Part shown: piece after piece, positions 34,080 to 42,302 of the stretch
How positions within the stretch are numbered: position 1 is the first letter of the stretch
Layout of the letters: every line of letters begins with the position of its first letter
Made by a program: the position numbers and the translations under genes
NCBI GenBank assembly: GCA_963787585.1
Contig: CAWBDR010000005.1
Location: 9,092 to 73,091, forward strand
Length of the DNA stretch: 64,000 nucleotides
Origin: an uncultured Acidobacteriaceae bacterium
GTDB lineage: Bacteria > Acidobacteriota > Terriglobia > Bryobacterales > Bryobacteraceae
Direction: 5' to 3'
Notes under the pieces: generated by a model
What the model was told of the DNA's origin: nothing
Databases searched by the model: none
Seen by the model: only the letters and a program-made list of their open reading frames with translations

Positions 34080-35786
34080 ATGCGATACCTGGCCCTTGCG
34101 TCTGATTACGACGGCACTCTGGCTCATGACGGCGTAGTGGATGAGAGTACAGTTCGAGCCGTCGAGCGCCTCAAGCACTCCGGCCGCAAGTTAATTCTAG
34201 TTACCGGGAGAGAACTCCGCGACTTACAATCCGTATTCCCGCAGCTGGATCTTTGTGAGCGAGTCGTTGCAGAAAACGGAGCCGTGCTATATAACCCGGC
34301 AACACGCGAGAAACGCGTACTCGCGGAGCGTCCACCTGAAAGCCTTCTCGAAAACCTACGCAATCGTGGCGTTTCTGACATGAGCGTCGGAGACGTCATC
34401 GTTGCGACCTGGCATCCCCATGAGCGGCAGGCCATTGAAACGATTAAAGAGTCCGGTCTGGAGCTGCAAATCATCTTTAATAAAGATGCCGTCATGGTCT
34501 TGCCCTCGGGGGTCAATAAGATGACCGGTCTTTGTAGCGCCCTGAATGAAATGAAAATGTCCCGGCACAACGTAGTGGGCGTTGGGGACGCGGAAAACGA
34601 TCACGCCTTCCTGGATGGCTGCGAGTGTGGCGTTGCGGTAGCGAATGCGATCGATGCGTTGAAGGAAAAAGCTGATTTCGTAACGGAGCGAGCCCGTGGT
34701 GCGGGCGTCACGGAGCTGATTGAGAAGCTGATCGGAAATGATCTGTCGGCACTCGCGCCTAAGGTGAGGCAAACTTGCATCCTCGTGGGGGAATCGGCCG
34801 GGAGTGATGTGAACCTATCTGCCTATGGCCGCAACCTTCTCGTCTGTGGAGAATCCGGCAGCGGCAAATCGACTCTGGTGATGGGCTTGTTGGAGCGCAT
34901 CGTAGAAAAAAAGTACCAGATCTGCCTCATCGATCCCGAGGGCGACTACGAGAACATGCCTGGCTGTCGAACCGTGGGTGATGAGAAGCGGCCACCTTCC
35001 GTTGCGCACGTTAAGCAAGTCCTGGAAGAACCGGAGACCCCCGTAATCGTGAACCTGATCGCGGTGAGCGCGGCCGATCGACCCCATTATTTTGCTTCTT
35101 TGATTAGCGAGATTCAACAATTGCGGGTGCGAGCAGGCCGGCCGCACTGGCTGATCATCGATGAAGCTCATCATGTGCTGCCGTCTGAGTGGGCGCCTGC
35201 ATCGACCGAAATATCCCAGGAATTCTGCAACCTCATGCTCATCACCGTTCACCCCGAACACGTTTCGCCCCTAGCGCTGAGCCGGGTCAATACCGTACTG
35301 GTAGTTGGCCGTGAACCGAAGCTGATATTCAATGAGTTCGCGAAAACGGCTCGAATTCAAGTTCCTGATATGGACACGCACGATCTCATACGTGGCGAAG
35401 CGCTGCTCTGGTCAGTTGATGAGCAACGGGTGACGAAACTGAAGGCCGCACCACCTCTTCACGAGCACTATCGTCATCGACGCAAATACGCCGAAGGACA
35501 CTTGGAAGGGGAGCGGGTTTTTCATTTCAGAGGACCTGCAAACAAGCTAGATCTGCGGGCGCAAAATCTCAACATATTTCTTCAACTCGCCGATGGGATT
35601 GACCCGGAAACTTGGCTGTTTCACCTCAAGCGGGGTGACTACTCCAATTGGCTCCGTAACGCTGTAAGAGACGAGGAGCTGGCGTATGAGGTCGAAAGCA
35701 TAGAGAAACAGGATTCCCTAGGCGATCGCGAGAGCAGAGACCGGATCAGGAAGGCGATCCAGCAAAAATACACGGCGCCGGAATAA
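34080..35786 (+). CDS. fusion protein: HAD-IIB (Cof-type) phosphatase domain + HerA/DUF87-like P-loop ATPase domain
   Basis: The N-terminus has LASDYDGTL (HAD motif I), ..LVTGR.., and GVGDAENDHAFL (motif IV). From about residue 250: LLVCGESGSGKSTLVMGLLERIVEKKYQICLIDPEGDYENM (Walker A plus the HerA-like DPxGEY strand) and WLIIDEAHHVLP (Walker B). Confidence 0.75.
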   Translation: MRYLALASDYDGTLAHDGVVDESTVRAVERLKHSGRKLILVTGRELRDLQSVFPQLDLCERVVAENGAVLYNPATREKRVLAERPPESLLENLRNRGVSDMSVGDVIVATWHPHERQAIETIKESGLELQIIFNKDAVMVLPSGVNKMTGLCSALNEMKMSRHNVVGVGDAENDHAFLDGCECGVAVANAIDALKEKADFVTERARGAGVTELIEKLIGNDLSALAPKVRQTCILVGESAGSDVNLSAYGRNLLVCGESGSGKSTLVMGLLERIVEKKYQICLIDPEGDYENMPGCRTVGDEKRPPSVAHVKQVLEEPETPVIVNLIAVSAADRPHYFASLISEIQQLRVRAGRPHWLIIDEAHHVLPSEWAPASTEISQEFCNLMLITVHPEHVSPLALSRVNTVLVVGREPKLIFNEFAKTARIQVPDMDTHDLIRGEALLWSVDEQRVTKLKAAPPLHEHYRHRRKYAEGHLEGERVFHFRGPANKLDLRAQNLNIFLQLADGIDPETWLFHLKRGDYSNWLRNAVRDEELAYEVESIEKQDSLGDRESRDRIRKAIQQKYTAPE

Positions 35787-35823
35787 GCTTAGCCGAGCAT
35801 CATAGGCTGACGAGGCCCTCACT

Positions 35824-36414
35824 CTACGCCGCTATCTGCAACTCTCGCAGCGCCTGCTCCTCCGCCCGTACCCGATTCCTGAGCCGGTGAGTCTGGCTGA
35901 TCGAGATGCCCAGCCGCTCCCCCACCACCCGCAACGGAACGTTGGATCGCAGAAGTTCGAGTGCCTTCGGCTCGCGCCACCAACCCAACTGGCGTGCGCG
36001 CCGGCCCAAGATCTTTAGTCGCGTGTCGGACACCAAACCGGCGTCTACATTGTGCCGGACCGTAAATTCACGCGTGCTCAGCGCTTTCAGATCTTCGAGT
36101 CGCTCCGTGAAAAACTCCGAAGTGTCCTCAAAATAGTGGAATCCCAAACGGGCTCGCACTCGCTTGAGTGTGGTTCGTCCGGCTGGCAGGTCGAACAGCA
36201 GACCATTATGTTTTGTCCGGTTCTTCTCCCAGAAATCGACCAGAGGCTGAGTTGCGATCAGACGTGGCAGTCCAGTCACGGAGCCTCCGAAACGGCTTAC
36301 CGGAGAGCCGAAAAGTAAATCGAAACCATGCTTCGTGCCGCGTACATCGCGCACACCCCAGAGCGCCCCGTCGACATCTTCGACGTGGCCCACCACCGGA
36401 TACTTATGCCTCAT
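35824..36414 (-). CDS. hypothetical protein with C-terminal HTH
   Basis: ORF track. The C-terminus is ..LRSNVPLRVVGERLGISISQTHRLRNRVRAEE. No family recognised. Confidence 0.45.
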   Translation of the reverse strand: MRHKYPVVGHVEDVDGALWGVRDVRGTKHGFDLLFGSPVSRFGGSVTGLPRLIATQPLVDFWEKNRTKHNGLLFDLPAGRTTLKRVRARLGFHYFEDTSEFFTERLEDLKALSTREFTVRHNVDAGLVSDTRLKILGRRARQLGWWREPKALELLRSNVPLRVVGERLGISISQTHRLRNRVRAEEQALRELQIAA

Positions 36415-36653
36415 TCGTACTCCTGTCTGGCGGAATTCCGCCGCACTTGCCTCTTCCTACGCTCCAAGCTTCGACTGCGGCCCGTACCGCCACGCTGCCA
36501 AAAAGTAGCTAAGTGTCTGATTTCACTCGCGGAAATAAATCCGCTCGATCGGAACTGAACCGGAATCTGCAGCTCCGGAAGTTCGTTTGGCAAAACAGAA
36601 GGGCGCACCGCCGTCTCGGGCGCCAGGCGGCTTCACCCGTAGAATCGTTTCAG

Positions 36654-37375
36654 ATGTCGCGCCGCCGCTTCTTCGTCCCCGAAGTCCGCCGCGGCCTCGC
36701 CGAGCTCACCGGCTCCGAGGCCCAGCATCTCGTCCGCGTCCTCCGCGCCGAAGTAGGACAGCTCTACGAAATCTCCGATAACCGCGACGTCTATCTCGCC
36801 AAGATCACCACCGCTCGCAAGTCTTCGGTCGTGTTTCAGGTGACCGAAAAACTTCCCGAAGCGCCCGCTGCCGTCTATATGACCCTGTGCGCCGCCCTCA
36901 TCAAATTTGAACGCTTTGAATGGTTGATCGAAAAGGCTACTGAGCTCGGCATCGCTGCCATTCAGCCCCTCGAATCTGCGCGTACGGAGCGCGGCCTCGC
37001 TCTCGCTGCCCTCAAGCGAACCGCGCGTTGGGAGAAGATCGCTGTGGAAGCCAGCCAGCAGTCTCGCCGCGCCCGTCTGCCACTGATTGCGCGGCCCTGC
37101 CCGTTCGCCGACGCCCTGCATACGGCCGCAACGTTCGCCTGCTATTAGAGGAGGACTTCTCAGCGCCGCCTCTGCTCAAAGCCATTCCTGAGCAGAGCAG
37201 CGTTGCCGACCGAATCGCTCTTCTGTTAGGTCCCGAAGGTGGCTGGACGGATGAGGAGCGCGATGACGCCCTCAGAGCCGGTTGGATCGCCTGTTCACTC
37301 GGTCAAACCATTCTCCGTGCCGAGACCGCGGGCATCGCGGCGCTTGCTATCATCGCCGCCGCTTGGCAAAACTAA
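36654..37375 (+). pseudogene. rsmE: 16S rRNA (uracil1498-N3)-methyltransferase RsmE, reading frame broken by a 1-nt indel near 37128-37132
   Basis: MSRRRFFVPE...GSEAQHLVRVLR...ERFEWLIEKATELG... is in frame 0 and ends at TAG 37146-48. ..NVRLLLEEDFSAPPLL...LLLGPEGGWTDEE...LGQTILRAETAGIAA.. continues in frame 2 (ORF 37028..37375). GCAACGTT would read through as GCAAACGTT. Confidence 0.8.
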
Positions 37376-38040
37376 GCCGCTTTCGCTGCCACTCGTTTCA
37401 ATCGCGCTGGCAGAACACTCACGTCGAATGCGCCGTTCTTCAGTTCGTGCCCCGCGCCCTCCACTCTGATCAGCTCCGATCTCTCCGGAATCGAGAGCAT
37501 CGCATTCCGCAGCTCCTCCACTGATCCGAAATGGTCTCGCGTGCCATGCACAAACAGTACGGGCGTTCGCAAGTCAGTAAAGTGCTTCGTTCGCCACTCC
37601 TGTGGCTTCTTCGGCGAATAGAGCGGATACGAAAGCAGCAGCAGAGAATCGCAGAGGTCCTGTTGTTCAGAAGCCAGTATGCTCCCCTGCCGCCCACCAT
37701 AGGAGTGCCCGCCGAGAAATAACCGTCCCGGCGTCAGCTTGCGTAATTCCGCTACCGCCGCCTGCAACCCTGCGCGATCTGCGGTCGCGTTCGCCGGAAA
37801 GGGTGGCCCAAATCGTCGTTGCTGCCGGAATAGCAAATCGCAGCGCAACACCCGCACGCCGGCCGCCGCAAATTCCGCTGCTACCGCCACCAGCAGTCGC
37901 GATTCGCAATTTGCGCCCGCTCCATGCGTCAACACCAATCCGTCTGCAGCCGGCCCATCGGGAAGATGCAGGAACCCGCTTACCTTTTCCGCTTGGTACG
38001 GTTCGACTCGCGCTGTCACGACAGGTTCGGAATCGGCCAT
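37372..38040 (-). CDS. alpha/beta-fold hydrolase (dienelactone-hydrolase-like)
   Basis: ..LVLTHGAGANCES.., GGHSYGGRQ (nucleophile elbow), ..FVHGTRDHFG.. Confidence 0.7.
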   Translation of the reverse strand: MADSEPVVTARVEPYQAEKVSGFLHLPDGPAADGLVLTHGAGANCESRLLVAVAAEFAAAGVRVLRCDLLFRQQRRFGPPFPANATADRAGLQAAVAELRKLTPGRLFLGGHSYGGRQGSILASEQQDLCDSLLLLSYPLYSPKKPQEWRTKHFTDLRTPVLFVHGTRDHFGSVEELRNAMLSIPERSELIRVEGAGHELKNGAFDVSVLPARLKRVAAKAA

Positions 38041-38057
38041 CCTGATCCACTCCCCGG

Positions 38058-39179
38058 CTACACCATCTTCGGCACAATGGCGGCCTGAACCGGCCGGTTA
38101 CCCACCGCCAGCATGGTGAACAGTGATGCCCCCGTTTTCCATTTGTTTGCGCGAACGGCCTGCACGTGAATCACAGCCAAATCGCCCGATTCTTCATCCA
38201 GCACCAGCGCATATTGGCTGTCGGGCGTCACCGCGATGAAGGACGGCTTCTGCCCCACCGCGACCATCCCGATCACTTTGCGCGTATCGATGTTCAGGAT
38301 CGAAACATCGGCTCCGCTATCGCTCGCTACAAACAGGTAGGGCGGAGTTGTGGAGCAGCCCATCACTCCCGGGTCTCGCCCGGCCAGCACCGTCTGCTCG
38401 ACTTCAAATTGATAGGGAAATACGATCGCGATCGCGTCCATTCCCTCGCCGGATACGAAGAGCTGGCCCTGATCTGCGTTGAAGCAAAGATTCTGCGGTC
38501 GCATTGCGACCGGCAGCACAGTCACCAGCCTCAGACCGGGAACGTTGAATGCGCTCAGGGAGCGATCGGCGAGATTGGTGGCCAGCAGAAGCTTGCCGTC
38601 CGCACGGAACCGCACCTGCCCCACCGTCCCGCTCATCTGCGCGGAAGTGTGACGCGCGCTCGCCAGGTCGACTAGTTCCACCAAGCCCTGCGCGCCGCTC
38701 GAGATCGCCACCTGCCCCGAATCCGACACGTCGAACTGCTGCGGTTCGTTGCGCAGGGGATACCGTCCGATCACCCCGAGACGCATTGGGTCCACCAAAA
38801 TCAATTGCCGTTGTCCCGGCGCAATTGCCAGCAGCCGTTTGCCGTCCGAAGTGAGCCGGATCTGTGCGATCTCGTCAGCCAGTTTGCGCGACGCGATTCG
38901 TTTGAGAGTTTCATCGAGAATATGCACACTCCCATTTCCAGGAGTGAGCACATAGCTGTGCTTGCTGGCGATGCCGGGAATTACCGCACTGGGAGCCGCG
39001 CCGACCGCAATCGTTTTGGCCAGTTCAAAGCGAGTCAGATCGACGGCGGCAATGCTGTGATCGCCCGCGGTTGCGATCAAGGCGTAGCCGGGATAACCGG
39101 TGCCCTTCTTCCGGCCGCACGCGGCGGCAAGCACGAGTCCGCTCGCGCAAAGCCACTTGCGCCGCGTCATTTGAACCAA
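38058..39179 (-). CDS. beta-propeller repeat lipoprotein (YVTN/YncE-like)
   Basis: The lipobox is LVLAAAC. Repeats of about 40 residues have ..V.VG..P..I... periodicity. Confidence 0.6.
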   Translation of the reverse strand: MVQMTRRKWLCASGLVLAAACGRKKGTGYPGYALIATAGDHSIAAVDLTRFELAKTIAVGAAPSAVIPGIASKHSYVLTPGNGSVHILDETLKRIASRKLADEIAQIRLTSDGKRLLAIAPGQRQLILVDPMRLGVIGRYPLRNEPQQFDVSDSGQVAISSGAQGLVELVDLASARHTSAQMSGTVGQVRFRADGKLLLATNLADRSLSAFNVPGLRLVTVLPVAMRPQNLCFNADQGQLFVSGEGMDAIAIVFPYQFEVEQTVLAGRDPGVMGCSTTPPYLFVASDSGADVSILNIDTRKVIGMVAVGQKPSFIAVTPDSQYALVLDEESGDLAVIHVQAVRANKWKTGASLFTMLAVGNRPVQAAIVPKMV

Positions 39180-39270
39180 AACGCAACCACCTGAAAATAC
39201 AACTCTTCTGACCCTTTAGAAAATCTGTTCCTATGTTACCCTCTGATTTACCCCCCTCCCCCGCAGATGT

Positions 39271-40305
39271 TTGCACTTCATGAACTTTAGGTCTGTCTTT
39301 AGTCTCATCTCCTCGGATTTAGCTATCGATCTTGGGACAGCGAACACGTTGGTGTTTGCCAAAAGCAAAGGCATTGTCGTCAATGAACCGTCCATTGTTG
39401 CCATTAACAAGAACACCGGTGACATAGAGGCAGTCGGCAAGGAGGCGAAGGACATGGTGGGCCGCACGCCCGGGAATATCGTAGCTATCCGCCCCATGAA
39501 AGACGGTGTGATCGCCGACTTCAAGGTCACCGAGCGTATGCTGAACTACTTCATCCTGAAAGCGCACGGGCGCAAGATGCTGGTGCATCCGCGCATCGTC
39601 ATCGGCGTGCCGAGCGAGATCACTCAGGTGGAGAAGCGCGCCGTCAGCGAATCGGCCTACCGCGCCAAGGCAAGCGAAGTTCATCTCGTAGAGCAGGCTA
39701 TGGTTGCGGCCATCGGTGCGGGGCTGCCAATTACCGAACCGTCGGGGAATATGGTTGTCGACATCGGCGGCGGCACCACCGATGTAGCAGTCATTTCGCT
39801 CTCAGGCATCGTCTATTCGCGATCCGTTCGTGTCGCCGGCAACGAAATGGACGACGCAATCATGAGCTATCTGAAGCGCAAGTACAACTTGCTCATCGGG
39901 GAGCGCACCGCCGAACAGATCAAAATTCAGCTTGGCTCCGCCTATCCGCTCGATAAACCCGAGACCATGGAGATTAAGGGCCGTCATCTGATCGAGGGTG
40001 TTCCCAAAACGATCACCATCAACGATCAAGAGATCCGCGATGCGCTCGCGGAGTGTGTTTCCACCATTCTCAACGCCATCCGGGTCGCTCTTGAGCGCAC
40101 GCCTCCGGAGATCAGCGCTGACATCAGTGATCGCGGCATCGTCCTGACTGGTGGAGGCGCCCTCATCAGAAATCTGGATCGGCGTATTCGCGAAGAAACC
40201 GGTCTGCCCGTTTCGATCGCCGAAGATCCCCTTGCCTCGGTCGTCCTCGGGACTGGCAAAATGCTCACCGATTTCAAACTTCTCCGGCGTATCGCCATCG
40301 AATAA
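39271..40305 (+). CDS. mreB: rod-shape-determining actin homologue MreB
   Basis: ..SSDLAIDLGTANTLVF...VVDIGGGTTDVAVISL... A possible alternative start is ATG 39280. Confidence 0.95.
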   Translation: MHFMNFRSVFSLISSDLAIDLGTANTLVFAKSKGIVVNEPSIVAINKNTGDIEAVGKEAKDMVGRTPGNIVAIRPMKDGVIADFKVTERMLNYFILKAHGRKMLVHPRIVIGVPSEITQVEKRAVSESAYRAKASEVHLVEQAMVAAIGAGLPITEPSGNMVVDIGGGTTDVAVISLSGIVYSRSVRVAGNEMDDAIMSYLKRKYNLLIGERTAEQIKIQLGSAYPLDKPETMEIKGRHLIEGVPKTITINDQEIRDALAECVSTILNAIRVALERTPPEISADISDRGIVLTGGGALIRNLDRRIREETGLPVSIAEDPLASVVLGTGKMLTDFKLLRRIAIE

Positions 40306-40436
40306 TGGCCTGTGGTGCAGTGTCCTAGCTAAATCCGAGCCGCGGACCGCAGGAAGCGGAGAGAACATGTAATTTAGAGAGGAATGGTATTTCCGTCCGT
40401 ACCCCTCTTAGAGTGAAGTAAGGAACCTGCAATTCA

Positions 40437-41738
40437 ATGGAAGCGTTGTTGAGCCGCTACCGCAACCTGACCGTTCTATTGGTGGTGGTCGTAGCGCAGT
40501 TGCTCTACCTGGCGTACCAGGTCAAGACCAACCGGGATGAGCGATTGATCCGGGTCTGGGCGGTCAGCGCCGTCACGCCTATGGCCGGAGTGGTGGAAGC
40601 TGTCCGCCACAACACGATCGGCTTTCTCCAGGACTACTTCATTCTGCTCGACGTCCGCGAACAGAACCGGAAACTCAAAGCCGTCAATGATAAGCTGCGA
40701 CTCGAAAATGTCTATTACCGCAACCAGCTCTCTACGGCCGAGCATGCCCGCGCTTTAATCCTCTTCCAGGAGCAATCACCTTCAAAATCGATTGCCGCTC
40801 GGGTCATTGGTAACAGCACCGTAATCACTGCCAAGGCGGTCTTCATCGATCGAGGCTCAACCAGCGGTGTTGAGAAGGGCATGGCCGTCGTGACTCCTGA
40901 CGGCGTTGTCGGTAAGGTGGTCGCGGTTTATCCGCTTGTCTCGCAAGTGCTGCTGGTAACGGACCCTACCTTTAAAGTCGGTGTCGAATCCCAGAAGGGG
41001 CACGTGCACGGCGTGCTCAATTGCGCCAACGGCAAATGCAAGGTCGAGCAGGTTGAAAACGAAGACAAGGTGGCGGTCGGCGAGTGGTTCTTCACTTCGG
41101 GCGAGGATCGCATCTTCCCCAAGGGCTTTCCTGTCGGCACAGTAGTGTCCGCGGGGCTGGGGCAGGGAATGCGGGACATCAACCTGGACCTGAGCGGCGC
41201 GCCCGGCGGCGTAGAGGACGTTCTAGTCCTATTAAAAGGCGTGCATCAGGCAATTCCCACAGCCCCGCCCGAAGACACCGCAAGTGTCATGCTGCCGTCT
41301 CCACCGCCGGAGACCGGAAACGACGCCGCCGAGACCCCCAAGTCGCAGACCGAAGCCGACAAGATCCAACAGAAGTATCAGGAGATCGGTAAAGAGCAAG
41401 GCCATGTCTATGGCGCAATCGGTTCTGGGATCCCCAATTTCAACGTGAAGCCCGACACGGCTGCCAAGCTGTCTCAGGGTGAAGTGCCAGCGGGTGCCGT
41501 CGCTCAAACCAAGCCGCTCGAGCCAAAACCCGCAGACAAAGCTGTCGATAACAGCACCCCGGCAATTCTGGGAGCCCGGCCGGTTGCCAAACCCGCCGCT
41601 CCGAAAGCTGCTCCGGAACGCCCGGTGCTCGGTACGCAGCCGGTTCTGCCCTTGGGCGCACCGCGGCGCAAACCTGCGGAGCCGCCTGCTGCTACGGACA
41701 CGGCCACTACTCCCGTTCCTCCGCCTCCTGCTCAATGA
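40437..41738 (+). CDS. mreC: rod-shape-determining protein MreC with long Pro/Ala-rich C-terminal tail
   Basis: N-terminal TM helix and a coiled coil (..NRKLKAVNDKLRLEN..). The MreC beta-domain is GVEKGMAVVTPDGVVGKVV...LLVTDP. The tail runs from about residue 265. Confidence 0.9.
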   Translation: MEALLSRYRNLTVLLVVVVAQLLYLAYQVKTNRDERLIRVWAVSAVTPMAGVVEAVRHNTIGFLQDYFILLDVREQNRKLKAVNDKLRLENVYYRNQLSTAEHARALILFQEQSPSKSIAARVIGNSTVITAKAVFIDRGSTSGVEKGMAVVTPDGVVGKVVAVYPLVSQVLLVTDPTFKVGVESQKGHVHGVLNCANGKCKVEQVENEDKVAVGEWFFTSGEDRIFPKGFPVGTVVSAGLGQGMRDINLDLSGAPGGVEDVLVLLKGVHQAIPTAPPEDTASVMLPSPPPETGNDAAETPKSQTEADKIQQKYQEIGKEQGHVYGAIGSGIPNFNVKPDTAAKLSQGEVPAGAVAQTKPLEPKPADKAVDNSTPAILGARPVAKPAAPKAAPERPVLGTQPVLPLGAPRRKPAEPPAATDTATTPVPPPPAQ

Positions 41739-42286
41739 TGAACGAGACTAGCGCACTGATCAAACGGCCCGTTCGGGAGAGTTTGTTCAGCCGGTTCGAG
41801 GCTCTTGCCCTCATCGCCATCACTCTGATTGCGATCATCGGCAAATTTTATTTGCCGCGCCTGATTCCGCACACCGAATGGCTGGAACTGCCGCTTCTCC
41901 TGACTGTTTATTTCGGGTTGACCAGGCGAACAGTCATACCATCGCTGCTCTTTGGCGCTTTCGTCGGTTTGGCCGAAGATTCACTTTCGCCCGCGACCAT
42001 CCCGATCGGTATGTACGGCATCACCAAGACCTTGGTGGGCTATTTCGCGGCCTCTGTTGGTGTCCGGTTCAACGTGGAGAGTCCGGCGATCCGGCTTGTA
42101 CTTTCTTTCTTCTTCTACTTCTTCCACGCCTTCTTTTATTGGGTTATGCGTCGTGCGCTGCTCGGGCAAATTGTGCCGTTCGATCCGCAGGACACGTTTG
42201 TGCACGGCGCGTTAAATGCGGTGATCGCGCTGCCTTTGTTCGCCTTCCTCGATAAGATGAAGTTGTCCGGGTCTAACAGCCTGTAA
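41735..42286 (+). CDS. mreD: rod-shape-determining protein MreD
   Basis: The ATG overlaps the mreC stop (ATGA). It is a polytopic membrane protein in the position between mreC and mrdA. Confidence 0.75.
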   Translation: MMNETSALIKRPVRESLFSRFEALALIAITLIAIIGKFYLPRLIPHTEWLELPLLLTVYFGLTRRTVIPSLLFGAFVGLAEDSLSPATIPIGMYGITKTLVGYFAASVGVRFNVESPAIRLVLSFFFYFFHAFFYWVMRRALLGQIVPFDPQDTFVHGALNAVIALPLFAFLDKMKLSGSNSL

Positions 42287-42302
42287 TGCGGAATAGTGAG
42301 CA

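Noticed and set aside
34070-34084. Sigma-54-like element TGGCAC-N5-TGC upstream of the HAD-ATPase gene.
   Set aside because: The GG-to-GC spacing is one base short of the consensus, and the -12 element overlaps the ATG (34080), which leaves no room for a leader. I found no convincing sigma-54 promoter near the NtrC-type regulator either.
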